Source of the DNA: Kondoa subrosea
Lineage: Eukaryota
Direction of reading: 5' to 3'
Assembly (NCBI GenBank): GCA_039545335.1
Contig: BCIN01000004.1
Location: 1,044,925 to 1,108,924, forward strand
Length of the DNA: 64,000 nucleotides
Under the pieces are notes generated by a model that saw only the letters and a list, made by a program, of their open reading frames with translations, was not told where the DNA came from and searched no databases. Shown here piece by piece: positions 23,491 through 35,472 of this stretch; the stretch's first letter is position 1, and every line of letters starts with the position of its first letter. A program made the translations under genes and the position numbers.

Positions 23491-25523
23491 ATGTCCGACA
23501 CTTCAAGCGCTACCGTGCTTAACGATTCCAAGCACCCTTTCTATTCCAAACCTGTAAGATCAACAGGTAAAACTACAGCTGGCAATTTCTTCAAGTCAGT
23601 TCTCTGTCGATCCTTTTACCTCTTGCGGATGACAATTTATGCTATGCTTTTGTTTCCTTTCGTAGAGGGCTAGGGTTGATCACGATATGGTATGTTTCTC
23701 TCTGTTTCATGTAAGATAATAGCTGATGCAAAGTGGACAGGCTTTGGGGTAAACTTCCGTGATCCTGAGATTGGCAAGTTGTTGACCAATTGTCGTGTTA
23801 CAGTGGTGCTACCTATCTTCTGGGGATCAGGTTAGCCAAATAGTTCGACTCTTGAACTACAGCTGAGTATAACACAGTCTGGCTACTTCTCCAACGAGTT
23901 TCTCGCCTTACCGTTCTGGTCGTGGATTTCGATTCAGCAGCAAATGGAGCTTCAGCCATTGTCGGACCAGCAATCATTCAAATGGCTCAAATGACTAATG
24001 CCATGCCTATCGACGCAACGAGATTAGGTTATGATATCCAACCGGCTTCAAATTATCCTGGCGGTTTAGATCAAATTAAAGAAGACATAGGCTATTCGAG
24101 GCATTGGGGTGCGATTATAGCTACAGCAAATTCGACGAGCGTCTGGAGGAATGCGTTGGAAAATGGTGATGCTAGTTATGATCCTTCAGGATGCGTGGGA
24201 ATCTTCTAGTTCGTCATACCTTTCTTGGAATACGCTTCAGAGGCTCATCATGTTGGTACTTCCAGCTCAGGAGCACGTTTCTATCAAATTACTGTAATCT
24301 ACCTCGACAAATTCATGCAAGAAGCAGCTCGAATGGCTTTACAAAAAGCCGGGTCTTCAGCAGTCCGCAACTATATTCAATCCATCGCAGGCAATACAGC
24401 TCTCCTAGCAAACGCAGCAGCTGTACCTCAAGCTATCGGTACACCTTTCGGGTACTGGTCCGCTGATTTAAGACCGATTCAAACCCAATACCCTGATGGA
24501 AGTCGGAATGATGGATCTTGGGCTGCTGCTGCTCCTTTCGTTCGTCAAGCTTTTTAATCCATTTGTTGATTGATGCTTAAATCCATATGGAAACAGGAAG
24601 CTGCTCTAATCTACTATCTGATTCTTGCCTTTATGTAAGTCTAGTAACTGTTCTTCACTTACCACAAGTCCTGAATAATGCTGCATAGCCTGGCACTTTG
24701 GCACAATGCTGCTCGAATGCAGTCACAGCTGAATAAGAAAGCTACTTTTTGGAGTTTGTATGCTTGGAGATTAGTCGTTCCTTTTGTGGTCTATTTCTGG
24801 CTCGTGAGTTGCTTTGCTTTGCAACAGGGGTGTATACTAACAGAAGGAACTAGTCGCTGTGGTTTACTATTCTCATCGTATGCTGGCAAATTCCAGTAAC
24901 AGCAGCAGTGGGGCGAGGTCAGTGCTTGTGAAGTGATCTTAAATTCTAGGCTGATGATAACGACAGCTGGTTTCGTTGTGCTGTGGATGCTCAACTATGT
25001 TGCTCTGCTTGCCGTGGGACTCGCGATCGAAACAATGCTTTCTGTGCTAACGCCTAAATTCCTGCCTTTCTTCCGTGCGTCTTTCTATACACTGCCGAAG
25101 TATCGAGCTGATTGGCTGTATAGTAATCTTCTGGATCATCACAAATATCAGCAGTTCTTTTACTCCTCTAGGTCAGTCGTTTCATTTCGTTATTCTATAG
25201 TAGTACAGTTCTGAAATTTGCTCGATTGACAGAGGCAACGCAAGAGTTTTACCGCTTTTTGCGCTGGGTACCTTTCTTGCAAATCGTAGAAGCGTACAAG
25301 GTCATCTTCTATGCTACAAGGGAAAACAAATACCTAGGTCTCTATTTCGGTCAGTTTTTCTCTTCCATTCACTATGATACAAGCTGATATGGCAGCAGGC
25401 GTGTTGATCGCTATCGTGCTCGTCAACCTTGTTGGCCTGGCCTTGGGCATGATGCTAGAACGGAAGAGGGACGATAAAGCGCTGAGGAAGCAAGTGGAGG
25501 AGAATGACAAGAGCGAAAACTAA
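23491..25523 (+). CDS. SNG1 / DUF3533 multi-pass membrane protein (copy B, divergently transcribed from copy A)
   Basis: LPIFWGS, LTVLVVDFDS, HWGAIIATANST, YDPSGC, SGARFYQ, GFVVLWMLNY, LAVGLAIETM, IFWIITNISS; many small exons. Confidence 0.85.
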
Positions 25524-25717
25524 TCATGTCGTCGATCATAGTATTGTAGCAAGTAGTGTAGATAATGTTGCATAAGCCATCATTTACTTTTAGACCCTGA
25601 TTTAGGGAAGCAGCATGATGACTATCGACATCTTTCAGACGCATCCTGTTACGCACAGTGGTTGCCATCATATCGTATTGCATTTATTTTGTCATTCCAA
25701 ACGAATTCTTTCAAACA

Positions 25718-27350
25718 TTACAACATTCCCTTTGGATTCGCCTCCTCCTTATCATTCATCTTCTTGTCCCTCACATCAGTGCATTTCATTTACTACCAGC
25801 CTCATACCAACAGAACAACAAAGCCGTCGCCGCGCTCAGTAGCTGAATATCACCAAATCGATGAACGATGCTACCTGACCAGTCGAACCACAATCCATCG
25901 CTCGGGACGATCTTGTGTAAATAAACATCTAGAGCTAATCGAACGATAGAGAAAGTGATTGGTGAAGCTGGAGCAAACTTGGTTTCGTTTGATGAAGGTC
26001 GAGGGAAGACGATTAGGTTTGCTGCGAGGAGTGGAAGGAGGATTGTAGTGAATGTCCAGCTGTAAGATATTTAGCATTAGAAAGATAAGGAGAGAATGGA
26101 TGACATACATTGTAGCTACTCGTAAGAAAGAGTATTGAGCCAAAACTGCTAAGTCGGGTAGAGTGACGCTCCAAGGATGATCTGCCGTGAGTTGGAAGAA
26201 TGCCCATTTCCAGCCTTCTACCTGAACCTATAAAGCCTATTCTAAGTGATGCAACTATGCGACAAGAACGCGAAAATACCTTTCGAGTATAAGGAATTGT
26301 AGTAGAAAGCATAAAGAGAACTTCAAGCAAGAGAGTAAGACCAATGATGGTCCAAGAAGAGGATACAATCTAGAAGATGAATTAGTGTGGACTCAGTTAC
26401 CAGACGAGGAAAAGCTACCCTCTGAGTCTGCCTAGCACTTGGAATGACCGACTCGCTCGTGAACCTGACCAAAGCTTTTCCTAATCTATGCGCATGATGA
26501 TCGGCGTTTAAGACCAGATCTTGAGCTGGTGGAGCGTTATTGTAGGTTTGCATTAGCATTTCTGCTCCTTCGTTATATTGATCTTGAGCGAATTCAGCAG
26601 CTTGTGAAGTTAGAGCTGATGCTTGTTCGGCAGCGTACTGAGAGGCGGCAGCAGCTTGTTCTGAAGCGTAAGAAGTTGCAGCAGCAGCTTGCTCGGCTAG
26701 TAATTCAGCTGCTTCCTCTGCTGCAATTCTTCCTGCTTCACCCATTCTACGTAAAGATTGTCTAGGCGAAGGTGCAACCACATCTTCGTCGCTGTTAGGC
26801 AAGATCCTTTTGAGCTACAGTACATGCAAAAGCAGGTCTTGACTAACTCGTCTAAATCACCAGCTTCACTTCTAGCACCTTCACTTTTAGCTCGAGCAGA
26901 AGATCTCCTCGCTTCTCCTTCTTGAATAGATTTCCACAAATCAACAAACCGAGGATCTTTCTGAAAACGAGGAGTGGCACGGAGAGCGCTTCGTATAGCG
27001 GCTTCGAACTCAACTTTAGTTCCTGCAGTTATTGACATGAAATTCCAGTCTGTATTACGAAAGAGAGTAGAAGCCGAACCTTCTTGTAGATCGACAGACA
27101 TCTCTTTGCTGCACCAATGATGCGGCATGTCAACAACGAGACCCAATTTGGTAATCCAATGCAAGAACATACGCAATGGCTGCCCATAGATGATTAGCGT
27201 GTGTATTCTGACTGGAAGACCCAGCTCACCCTGCAATTCTCCCTTTCGCTTGGGTCGCAGCTGTGCATGATCAAAGAAAGTGCATAAGTAAGAGTCCAAT
27301 GTTTTGATTCAGGATTCGCGTACGGAACCGCTGTAAATCGTTGAACTCAT
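25718..27350 (-). CDS. GTT3-like fungal membrane protein (N-terminal helical HeH/SAP-like region, Ala-rich 11-mer repeats, C-terminal TM segments)
   Basis: Spliced N-terminus MSSTIYSGSLRPKRKGELQAIAKEMSVDLQEGTKVEFEAAIRSALRATPRFQKDPRFVDLW; C-terminal LPDLAVLAQ...WTFTTILLPLLAANLI...SPITFSIVRLAL resembles the fungal putative GTT3 family as I recall it. Confidence 0.6.
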
Positions 27351-27728
27351 GCTTGCTGACGTGGTCTAGGGATACGGCCTGTCTCAAGAGGTTGGAGTCT
27401 GGAGAAGGTTGAAGGAGTCCTGGGAATGAGAAAGGCTGGTAATGAGTGTTAGACATTTCACACGCTGGTAATCAATCTCCTTCCTGTCGTCTCTCTTCTC
27501 AAGAGGAAGCAGCTTGAAATGCAGCAGAGGCAGTGATTCGACATACCCACAAACAAAGATACCCGCAGACAGGCCTCAGGCATTCTGCTTTTCGGACCTG
27601 ACTTGCTCGCGTTCCTGTCTACGTTCTATTATTTGGTCTGCTTCGCGACCTGGCAAGGTAGCCCAGCTTGAGGAATGCTAGAGCCTTGTCAGCAGCCTTT
27701 CTGTCTTGGTGCACTCCAATCAGCTGAA

Positions 27729-30626
27729 ATGAAACTTCTACATATAGCTCTCAACGCTCCTAAAGTCCCGAAACGCAGCCCGAAACGCAGCCCCTCGCCC
27801 AACACAGAGCAGAAGCTAGAAGCGCAAGATGAATTGCACATCTCTATGCCTTTAACTAGACAAGATTCTGCCGCTTCGTCTGGATCTGATGGATCAAATT
27901 ATTCGCAAACTGATGCTGTGACACCTCAAATTCCTGCTCCCGCTGAAGAAGCAACACCTGTCTTGCCCTCTAGTTCCCGCTTGCCTTCTACCCCTGCTTC
28001 TCCTTCATCACCTACATCTATACGGCGAGCAGACAAATCCAGTGGAGGGTCATCGCATAATCGCAAAGCTTCAGTCGTTAGCGCCGATAATAATACTACT
28101 GTATTAAGAAGCCCACAATTGGAGGGCTTTGTCGACGAAGGTGAGACACAAATTAACCCCTGCCGAGGGACACGCCCCGATTTCAAGGATATTTTCGCTG
28201 ACACCTCATTTATAACAGCATTCACGTCCGGCGAATATCAAGATCAAGATCTACCGATCTCTACTACCTCCACGACCAACGTTCATTCTAACAACACTCC
28301 TTCAAGTTCATCCTCTGACTATACCGACTCAAGTCCGTCTAGATCCAGGCCAAAAACAGCAAGCAGGGAGTCTATGAGAGCTGGCGTCAGCAAGATTGAT
28401 TTTTCTGACAGCAGTAGTGGTACTTCATTAGGCAGCAAACCTTACTTCCCAATCCCAAATCGGCAATCCTCTGCATTATACCCCGAAGCGAATTATGACT
28501 ACGAAATTCCGTCTCGGACTCCTCCTCTACCACCTCCACGAGTTAGCTCGAACCCATCTTCTCCATCTTACGTTCGACCCATGATAGACGCGCCGCCTTC
28601 ACCTAAATCGCAATCTCCGAGTAGACATAAACGACACCGAACGAAATCTAGCAGTTCTTTAGTCACTCGTTCTCCAAGGAGCAGTAGGCCTCAATTCGAT
28701 ACTTCAATAGAATTACCAGCTGCATTCACTCCACCTTCTTCTTTACCTGGTACACCCCTGAGAATATCTTCTGCTCCTGGTACACCTATGAGAACAACTT
28801 CTGCACCGGGAACACCGTTGAGGACTCACGCATCTCGGGACTATTTGAAAGGCTATACTGTTCAACAAACAGAAGAGGAACCGTTTGATGTACCTTTGAA
28901 AGCTTTGCATGGTTTAGGTTATTCAGACGGGGAAATGATGCCTCAGGATACTCTGTGAGTTCCTCTTTCGACCATATCAACTGAAAGGAACCCTGATCTG
29001 GTGCAAATTATAGGAATGTCGATTGGCCCACTGAGAAACATTATAAATCAGTCTTGGATTCTTATGTCGGCATCAGCCCAGCTCCTTCAATAGCGGACGA
29101 CTTGTCTACACAACATGAAGAATCGGAAGTAGAGGACAAACCTTCGTCTCATATTCGACAAGCTGAAGATGTTGGCTCATCGCACGAAGAAGCGGAATTT
29201 ACAGCTCCGCATTCTTCCACTGTCCCCGAACCTGTTCGAACTGAAGATACGACGGAAGAGTTAGATATACTTTCTGAAATCCAAGCTGCTATAGATGAAA
29301 CCGCTCGAAGAAGATCTGAAGCGAAAGAAGCACAATCGCACCAAGAGCAAAAAGAAGAAGAAGAGACGACTCAAGCTTTTGATACTTCTTTTGGTACAAT
29401 CACCTCTTCAGGACCTCCTCCTTCTTTACCTACTGCAGACGGTATAATAGAAGGTTATTTTGATCCCGTCATTACTGCTTCTCCTACCCATTCTCCATCA
29501 CCTGGTCTTTCTTCTCCTCCGAACATCCCAAGAGAAGCCTCGAATCGATCGGATTCATTGAGGGATATCACTAATCAGCAAAAACAGCAACCGCAAATCA
29601 AATTGATGAGGATCAGACCTCTGTGTCCTGCTGCTGAATTCAGTGACATCAAACTTATGCGAACGAGTTTGGAGAGGTGTCAAGCTTATGCTATGAAGAT
29701 CAATGCGCTCAGCAGAGAAGACACCGGTTTGCATCAATGGTTAGCTACTAAAAGTAGACCGAAACCTATTATTAGGCAATCGACTACCACACTGAGTGAG
29801 TAACGACACATCGGTAAAGGGAAAAGCTGATGTGGGTATTGATTAGATTCACAAAGAAGAGCTTCACAACCTGCTATTTTGTCTCATTCTAGCACATCCA
29901 GCATTAATCGAATCCGAAGATCCTCTTCTTACTACAATCATCGCTACGAACCTTCCACTGCTGAGTTTCCAATTCGACAAGACTCAGGTCGAGCAACTGA
30001 TCTAACACCAACGCAACCAACACCGACGCATTTCGTTCCTTCTGGTTTACCTTTCCCGGGCGCTTTACCTCAAGCTATGTCTAGAACCAATACCTCTACA
30101 ATTCAAGCAAGTCAAATCAAAGCTCCTCAATTACATGCTATAGCCAAACAAAACTTGAATCTGAACCATTCAATGAATCCATTATCTTCTTTAGGTAGAA
30201 GAATGTCCAAAAAGAGTGGACCGATTACTACTGGAATTAGTGGTGGAAAGAGTATGATCAGTGCACCTCTACAAGCTAGCAATGGATCTAGGCCGAGTGG
30301 TCCAAGATCGTTGGACAGTCCTGATCGAATGAGTTTTTCGAGTGCCAGAAGAGAGGGGATGGGGGATGTGTTGAATGAGGATGTTGAGCAATTAGCAGCT
30401 GTGCTGTGAGTCTATTGCTTGCAGTGAAAAGAATCGAGCTGATCATGATTTTTGACCTCAAGGCCACATGCAGAAAAATCGATGCTAGAACGTTATCTCA
30501 GTAAGAAGTGAGTCCGATACAGTTCTCTTCTATCATGCCAATCTGATCAGCGTCAATAGCAACAATGATTTCTCAGCCGCCATCTCAAATTATCTTGAGG
30601 ATGAGAAAAGAGGTGTTTTGCGGTAA
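27729..30626 (+). CDS. Large Ser/Pro-rich disordered protein with C-terminal CUE-like ubiquitin-binding domain (5' end uncertain)
   Basis: Three long ORFs linked by introns; C-terminus DVEQLAAVLPHAEKSMLERYLSK...NDFSAAISNYLEDE fits a CUE helical pattern; internal ordered block ERCQAYAMKINALSREDTGLHQWL. Confidence 0.65.
28741..28830 (+). repeat. Three 30-bp coding tandem repeats encoding S(L/A)PGTP(L/M)R
   Basis: SLPGTPLRIS SAPGTPMRTT SAPGTPLRTH in ORF 27675..28958. Confidence 0.8.
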
Positions 30627-31169
30627 TCACTCCGAAATGGTCTCTTATGCACGCTTTTCGTTCAGTGTACTATAGCATCTATTCGTTCTCGTTATGCAAC
30701 CCGGTATGCATGCATATTCAATATTTGCATAGACCGTGTCCCACTTGTCGCATACCACTTTTGATTGCTCCATGTATTTGTGCCGCCATGATCTCTTCTA
30801 CGCGGCTGCTGTCACATTATCTGCATCGATACGCGCAAGCTCCGCTACAGCTCAGACTCTTCGAATATATTCGAATTCTCGAAAGCAAAACTTGAACGAA
30901 TGACTGCTATTGTCTGATTATGCTTTTGCCCGACTGCTACAGTGCGAATGCGTATGCCTCTGCTCAGCGGCCGACCCAATTGACGTCTGGCCCTTCGGTT
31001 TGTCGATCATAATCAAATTGCCATTTCCGGGTTAAAATTTGAACAAAATGCAGCCTTCGTGAAAACTGCTTATTGCGGCTTCTGACTTCATCTTTGTCTT
31101 GCTTCCTGCTCTTTGCTCTTGTTCTACCATTCCTCTCATATTCCGCTTGATATATTTCAGTCTACGAAG

Positions 31170-33102
31170 ATGTCTCGCGATCGGTTGGCAGCAATGAGAG
31201 TCAGTTTCTGATTCGTTTCTCTTTCGGCAAATGTCTGACATCAGACGTATAGGCGCAGCAGCAGCAAGCCAATATGCCTGCTCGGCTTCACAACGACTCG
31301 GTTGATCCCTTCAGCACTGTTCCTCCTCGTCCGCCTTTGTCTCCTCGGCGCAGTCATTCTCGTTCCAGCTCTAGTGCTCACAATTCGGTCCGTCGCATTG
31401 CTACTACGAATGCTTGGGAAGATAACAGGTAAGCTTCGTGTGCCCAGCATCACAGACTCGATCTGATCATTCGAGTAAATAGAAATGGCGACCGCTCTCC
31501 CTTCACTCCTGATGAACAGCCAACCGATTTCAACCCCTTCGCCGACCGAATCTGGGACACTACTGCCGCAGCACCTGCTCGACCACTGGAAGCATTCACT
31601 CGCGATTCTCACCCGGTGATGACTGTCACCGCTCAACGTCGAGGTCATACTTATCAACCTTCCAATGGAACCATGCCCCCTTCTTACGCTGCTTCCGTTA
31701 AGAGCCGGGCTAGCTACTACGAGAATGGAGGACAAGGTCAAGATGGTGCTTCAGTCTATTCGGCTCGCAGCCCAGTACCTGGCAGATTACCTCTCAATCG
31801 CACTTCTTCCTTCTCCCAGAACGGGCTCGCTCCCCAGAATGGCTTCACTCAGGAGAAATCGCCCGCCGCCCGCCAAGCTACCTTTACTCCTGCTTATCCT
31901 CAGGATGTCATGGACATGTTCTTCCATCAGGTCAGTCATTGTTGACATGTCCTTCTTAACACTGCTGACACTAAAAGGCAGATTTCTGACATTCAATCCG
32001 CTACTCGACTTTTGGGGGAAAACGTGACAAGAATCGAAACCCTTCACAGCAGATCCTTAAACACTGTGCCCGACACGGCTGAATATCAGGTATGCCCTAG
32101 TCTGATTTCTAGCCAATTCTATGCTGATCAATGTGAAAAGCGCATCACGAAAGATCTGGATCGAGTCAAGGCGGAAGTTCGTTCAAGCTCTTCCACTCTC
32201 CGCAACTTGATCAAGCAGCTCGAATTCACCAATGGTCAAGCACCTTCACCTCAGGACGCAAATGTCAAACGTACCCAAACCGCTGCGGCTAAAGATCGAT
32301 TCATGGAAGTCATTCAACGCTATTCTTCCGTCGAGGCTGCCCATCGTCATGCAAGCAAACAGCGTCTGGCCAAACAATATAGAATCATCAATCCTGATGC
32401 TACCGAGGAGGAAGTGAACCATTGCTTGGAAGATCCTTCCGCTGGTGAGACCATGTTCAAGCAAGCTGTATGTGTTTTTCCTCAATCGCAATCCGGTATA
32501 TTGCTTATGTGAGTGATATATAGGCTCTTGCTACTAGACGCACTGGTGAAGCTACTGCTGTCCTCAACTCTGTTCAAGCTCGTCAAGCCGACCTCAAGCG
32601 TATTGAAGAGACTATCGTGGAACTCGCTCAACTCTTCCAAGATATGTCTATGATGGTGGAAGAACAGCATGTTGCTATTTGTGCGATTGAAGAAAAGGCA
32701 CATATGGCTGAACAAGACATGGAAGCTGCGTAAGTTTCTCGCTTTTGTATGGAAACATTGGATGTCCAAGCTAAGATATTTATGTGCAGTCATACCGAAC
32801 TAGTCAAAGCCAAAGCTTCAGCTCTTTCTGCCCGATCCAAACGTCGCATCTGTTTCGGAATCTGTTTCGTCATTCTCCTGGTCTTGGGAGGTATTGTCGC
32901 TTGGCTCGTCTATAGTCGAACCAAAACCCAACAGAACAACAACAATAATACTGCTACACCTCAAGCTGAAGTTGCCAATGCTGCCACTGCTGTCGTTACT
33001 CAAATTGTCACTCAAACAGCAACTCAAACCGTTTCCTTTGCTTTGGATGGTCCAACAGCTTCTGCTTCTTTGGCTGTAAATGTACCTGGAGCGGATTTAT
33101 AG
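31170..33102 (+). CDS. Plasma-membrane syntaxin (Qa-SNARE, Sso1/2-like)
   Basis: N-peptide MSRDRLAAMR|AQ, Habc region with QYRIINPDATEEEV, SNARE helix RIEETIVELAQLFQDMSMMVEEQ, ARSKRRIC then TM FGICFVILLVLGGIVAWLVY. Confidence 0.9.
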
Positions 33103-33449
33103 AATAGAAAAAAATGTTCGAAGGGATTTGTATGTGTATACGGAAAAAGGTTCTTCTCGTTTTTGTTTATATTATCGTTGTGGTGTCTGTTGTTGTGCAA
33201 ATGAATAGTATTCTTATTAGTCTTCATGGTCCTGATTTACGTGCATGCCAGATTTACTTCAAGTTTATATCATAGTTTGCCTTCGCGTATCTTGATGTGA
33301 CTCGAAGAAAATCGCTTGCAACAGGGAGGAACAAGCACATTTGTACTCTAGACACTGCTTCAAGTAGGACACAGACAGAAGAGCTGACTTTAGATTTGAT
33401 TCTTCAAGTTGCCCTCAAAGCGCTATCTCTGGCTTTCCAATTTCACGCG

Positions 33450-35379
33450 ATGGCCGACTCAGATTCAGACATTGAGATCATACCAAGCGCTGTGTCCACT
33501 CAAACAGCACCCAAAGCCTCAACTTCACGGTCGACAAACAATGTTTTGAATAAAGGCAAACAGCAGCAGCAGTTATTGCCTGCTGCTGTCTTGTCGAGCG
33601 ATACAGAGGATGATCTCTTACCTGATTTAGCTCTACCGTGAGCTCTCCTTCCTCTCTCATCAGGTTATATAGCAAGTCTTAGATGTCTAAGATTACAGGA
33701 AAGCAAAGAAAGCAATGACATCTAAGACCGCCGCTCTATTGGCCAAGATCACTAAAGCTACTCATCCAGATAGTGACGAGGATGACGATGATAGTGGGAT
33801 ACAAACGTTGAAAAGGACTGAAAGCTCTGAGGGAGAAGATCGATTTACGCGTGTTGAAGAGGTTGATGAGCTGGAAGAAGAAGAAGAACCTGTTGTAGCG
33901 AAAAGAGATAAGGGTAAAGGCAAGAGGAAAGCTACTACCAGCGATGAAGAAGAAGAAGAGTCGCAACCTAGACCTACTGCGAAAAAGGTATGCTATGTAA
34001 AATCAGGCTTGCTCAAAATTGACGTTGGGCTTGCAGGCCAAGTCTAAGAGCAACAGCGGATCTAAAGAAGAGAAAGCTCGCGAGAAAGCCTTAGCGAAAG
34101 AAGCTGCCGAACGCGAAAAGCAAGCTAACAAGGTATGTTGCTCTCGCTCCTTCATCGATTCTCTCCTCTCACAACATATGCAGCTCTTTAGAGAAGACAA
34201 TAAACTAGCCGGAAACCGGAAAACAACGTTGCATGAAGTGGTCATGGAGCTTTCTACCGCTTTATCAGAAGACAGCTATTTCTCAAAGAAAGTCTTACCC
34301 AAACTAAAAGCTAAAATGAAGTTTGAAGATGTTTCCGAAGGAGAACAAAAAGATGCTCAACCCGAACCTGGGAAAATCAAGACCGTTTCGTTTGGGAAAG
34401 ATTTATTGGATGAAACGAAACTGATTCGCTGGAGAAGATATACCAAGAAATATTATTCGGAAGAAAAAATGTGTTGGGTTCGATACGAAGATGGAGAGAT
34501 GCATAATCATCTCGAACAATCCGTTTTGATCTTTATGCGTGCTTCGGAATTACAAGATCTCGTTGCTGAAGGCGATCAAGCTTTGTTGAGCTTTATAGTC
34601 AACATCAAAGAACAAGGTGGTTTCACTGGTGCAGGTTGGCAAGTCTTTCTTATGGTCGAAGGCTTGGACAAGATTGGGAAAGAAGATGAATTGCAAGCTA
34701 ATAGAGATTTCCAAGCTCAAGCAAAAGGATTGGCTCCTCCAAGTAAGAAGAAACGATCTGGTTCTCAAGTGAAAGCGGATGAGATTGAGATGGAAGTCGC
34801 GAGATTGGAAGTCGTCGAACGAATCTTTACAGCCAGGCCTACAGGACCTGAAGAAATCTCAGAATGGCTCTTCGAAGTGAGTTGCGACATATCCAACAGG
34901 CCGTACAAGTAGGTCATTCCTCCCAAGGCTTGGCTAAAAGACCTGATACTTCGCTTACTACAGAATGCTTCAGCAATCTTATTGGGACAAGCTGCAGATC
35001 GACTATGATGCACTGGACAGCAATACATCAAAGAAGGGAGACCACGGAACTTCTTACATGTCTTCCCTCAACAGTATATACAAAATTGAAGGCTCCGCAA
35101 AGAGTATTGTGAAGAAATATCCTTCGTGGAGATCTTTATATCAAGCGTATGATGCATGTGCCAATGAGAAAGAGAAGCAGAACATGCTTTCAGGTCTAAA
35201 GGTTAGCTCTTCCTTAGTATGTACAAGGCTAGAGTTGTCTCTGATCTGGCTAATAGAAAGGAACGCTTATCGATGGGACAAGAACGGACAAACTTATAGG
35301 TGCTGCTCTTTCGAAACGAATTTATCTACAATTGCACGAATCGGATCCTTACGCCAACGTAGACAAAATGGTGAAATAG
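33450..35379 (+). CDS. EME1: Crossover junction endonuclease non-catalytic subunit (ERCC4 domain)
   Basis: Acidic/basic N-terminus, LIRWRR, VFLMVEGL, IEMEVARLEV, EWLFEVSCDISNRPYK, HhH-like AKSIVKKYPSWRSLYQAY and IGAALSKRIY. Confidence 0.82.
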
Positions 35380-35472
35380 TTTTGTAATGATATATGTAAC
35401 ATTCTATACTGCATTGCCCAAAATGGTGGAATAAGCTTTGTAATGATATATATAACATTTTATACTGCATTG
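35364..35472 (+). repeat. Imperfect ~53-bp tandem duplication (period 55) spanning the convergent EME1 and uL15m stop codons
   Basis: caaaatggtgaaatagttttgtaatgatatatgtaacattctatactgcattg (35364-35416) vs caaaatggtggaataagctttgtaatgatatatataacattttatactgcattg (35419-35472). Confidence 0.9.
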
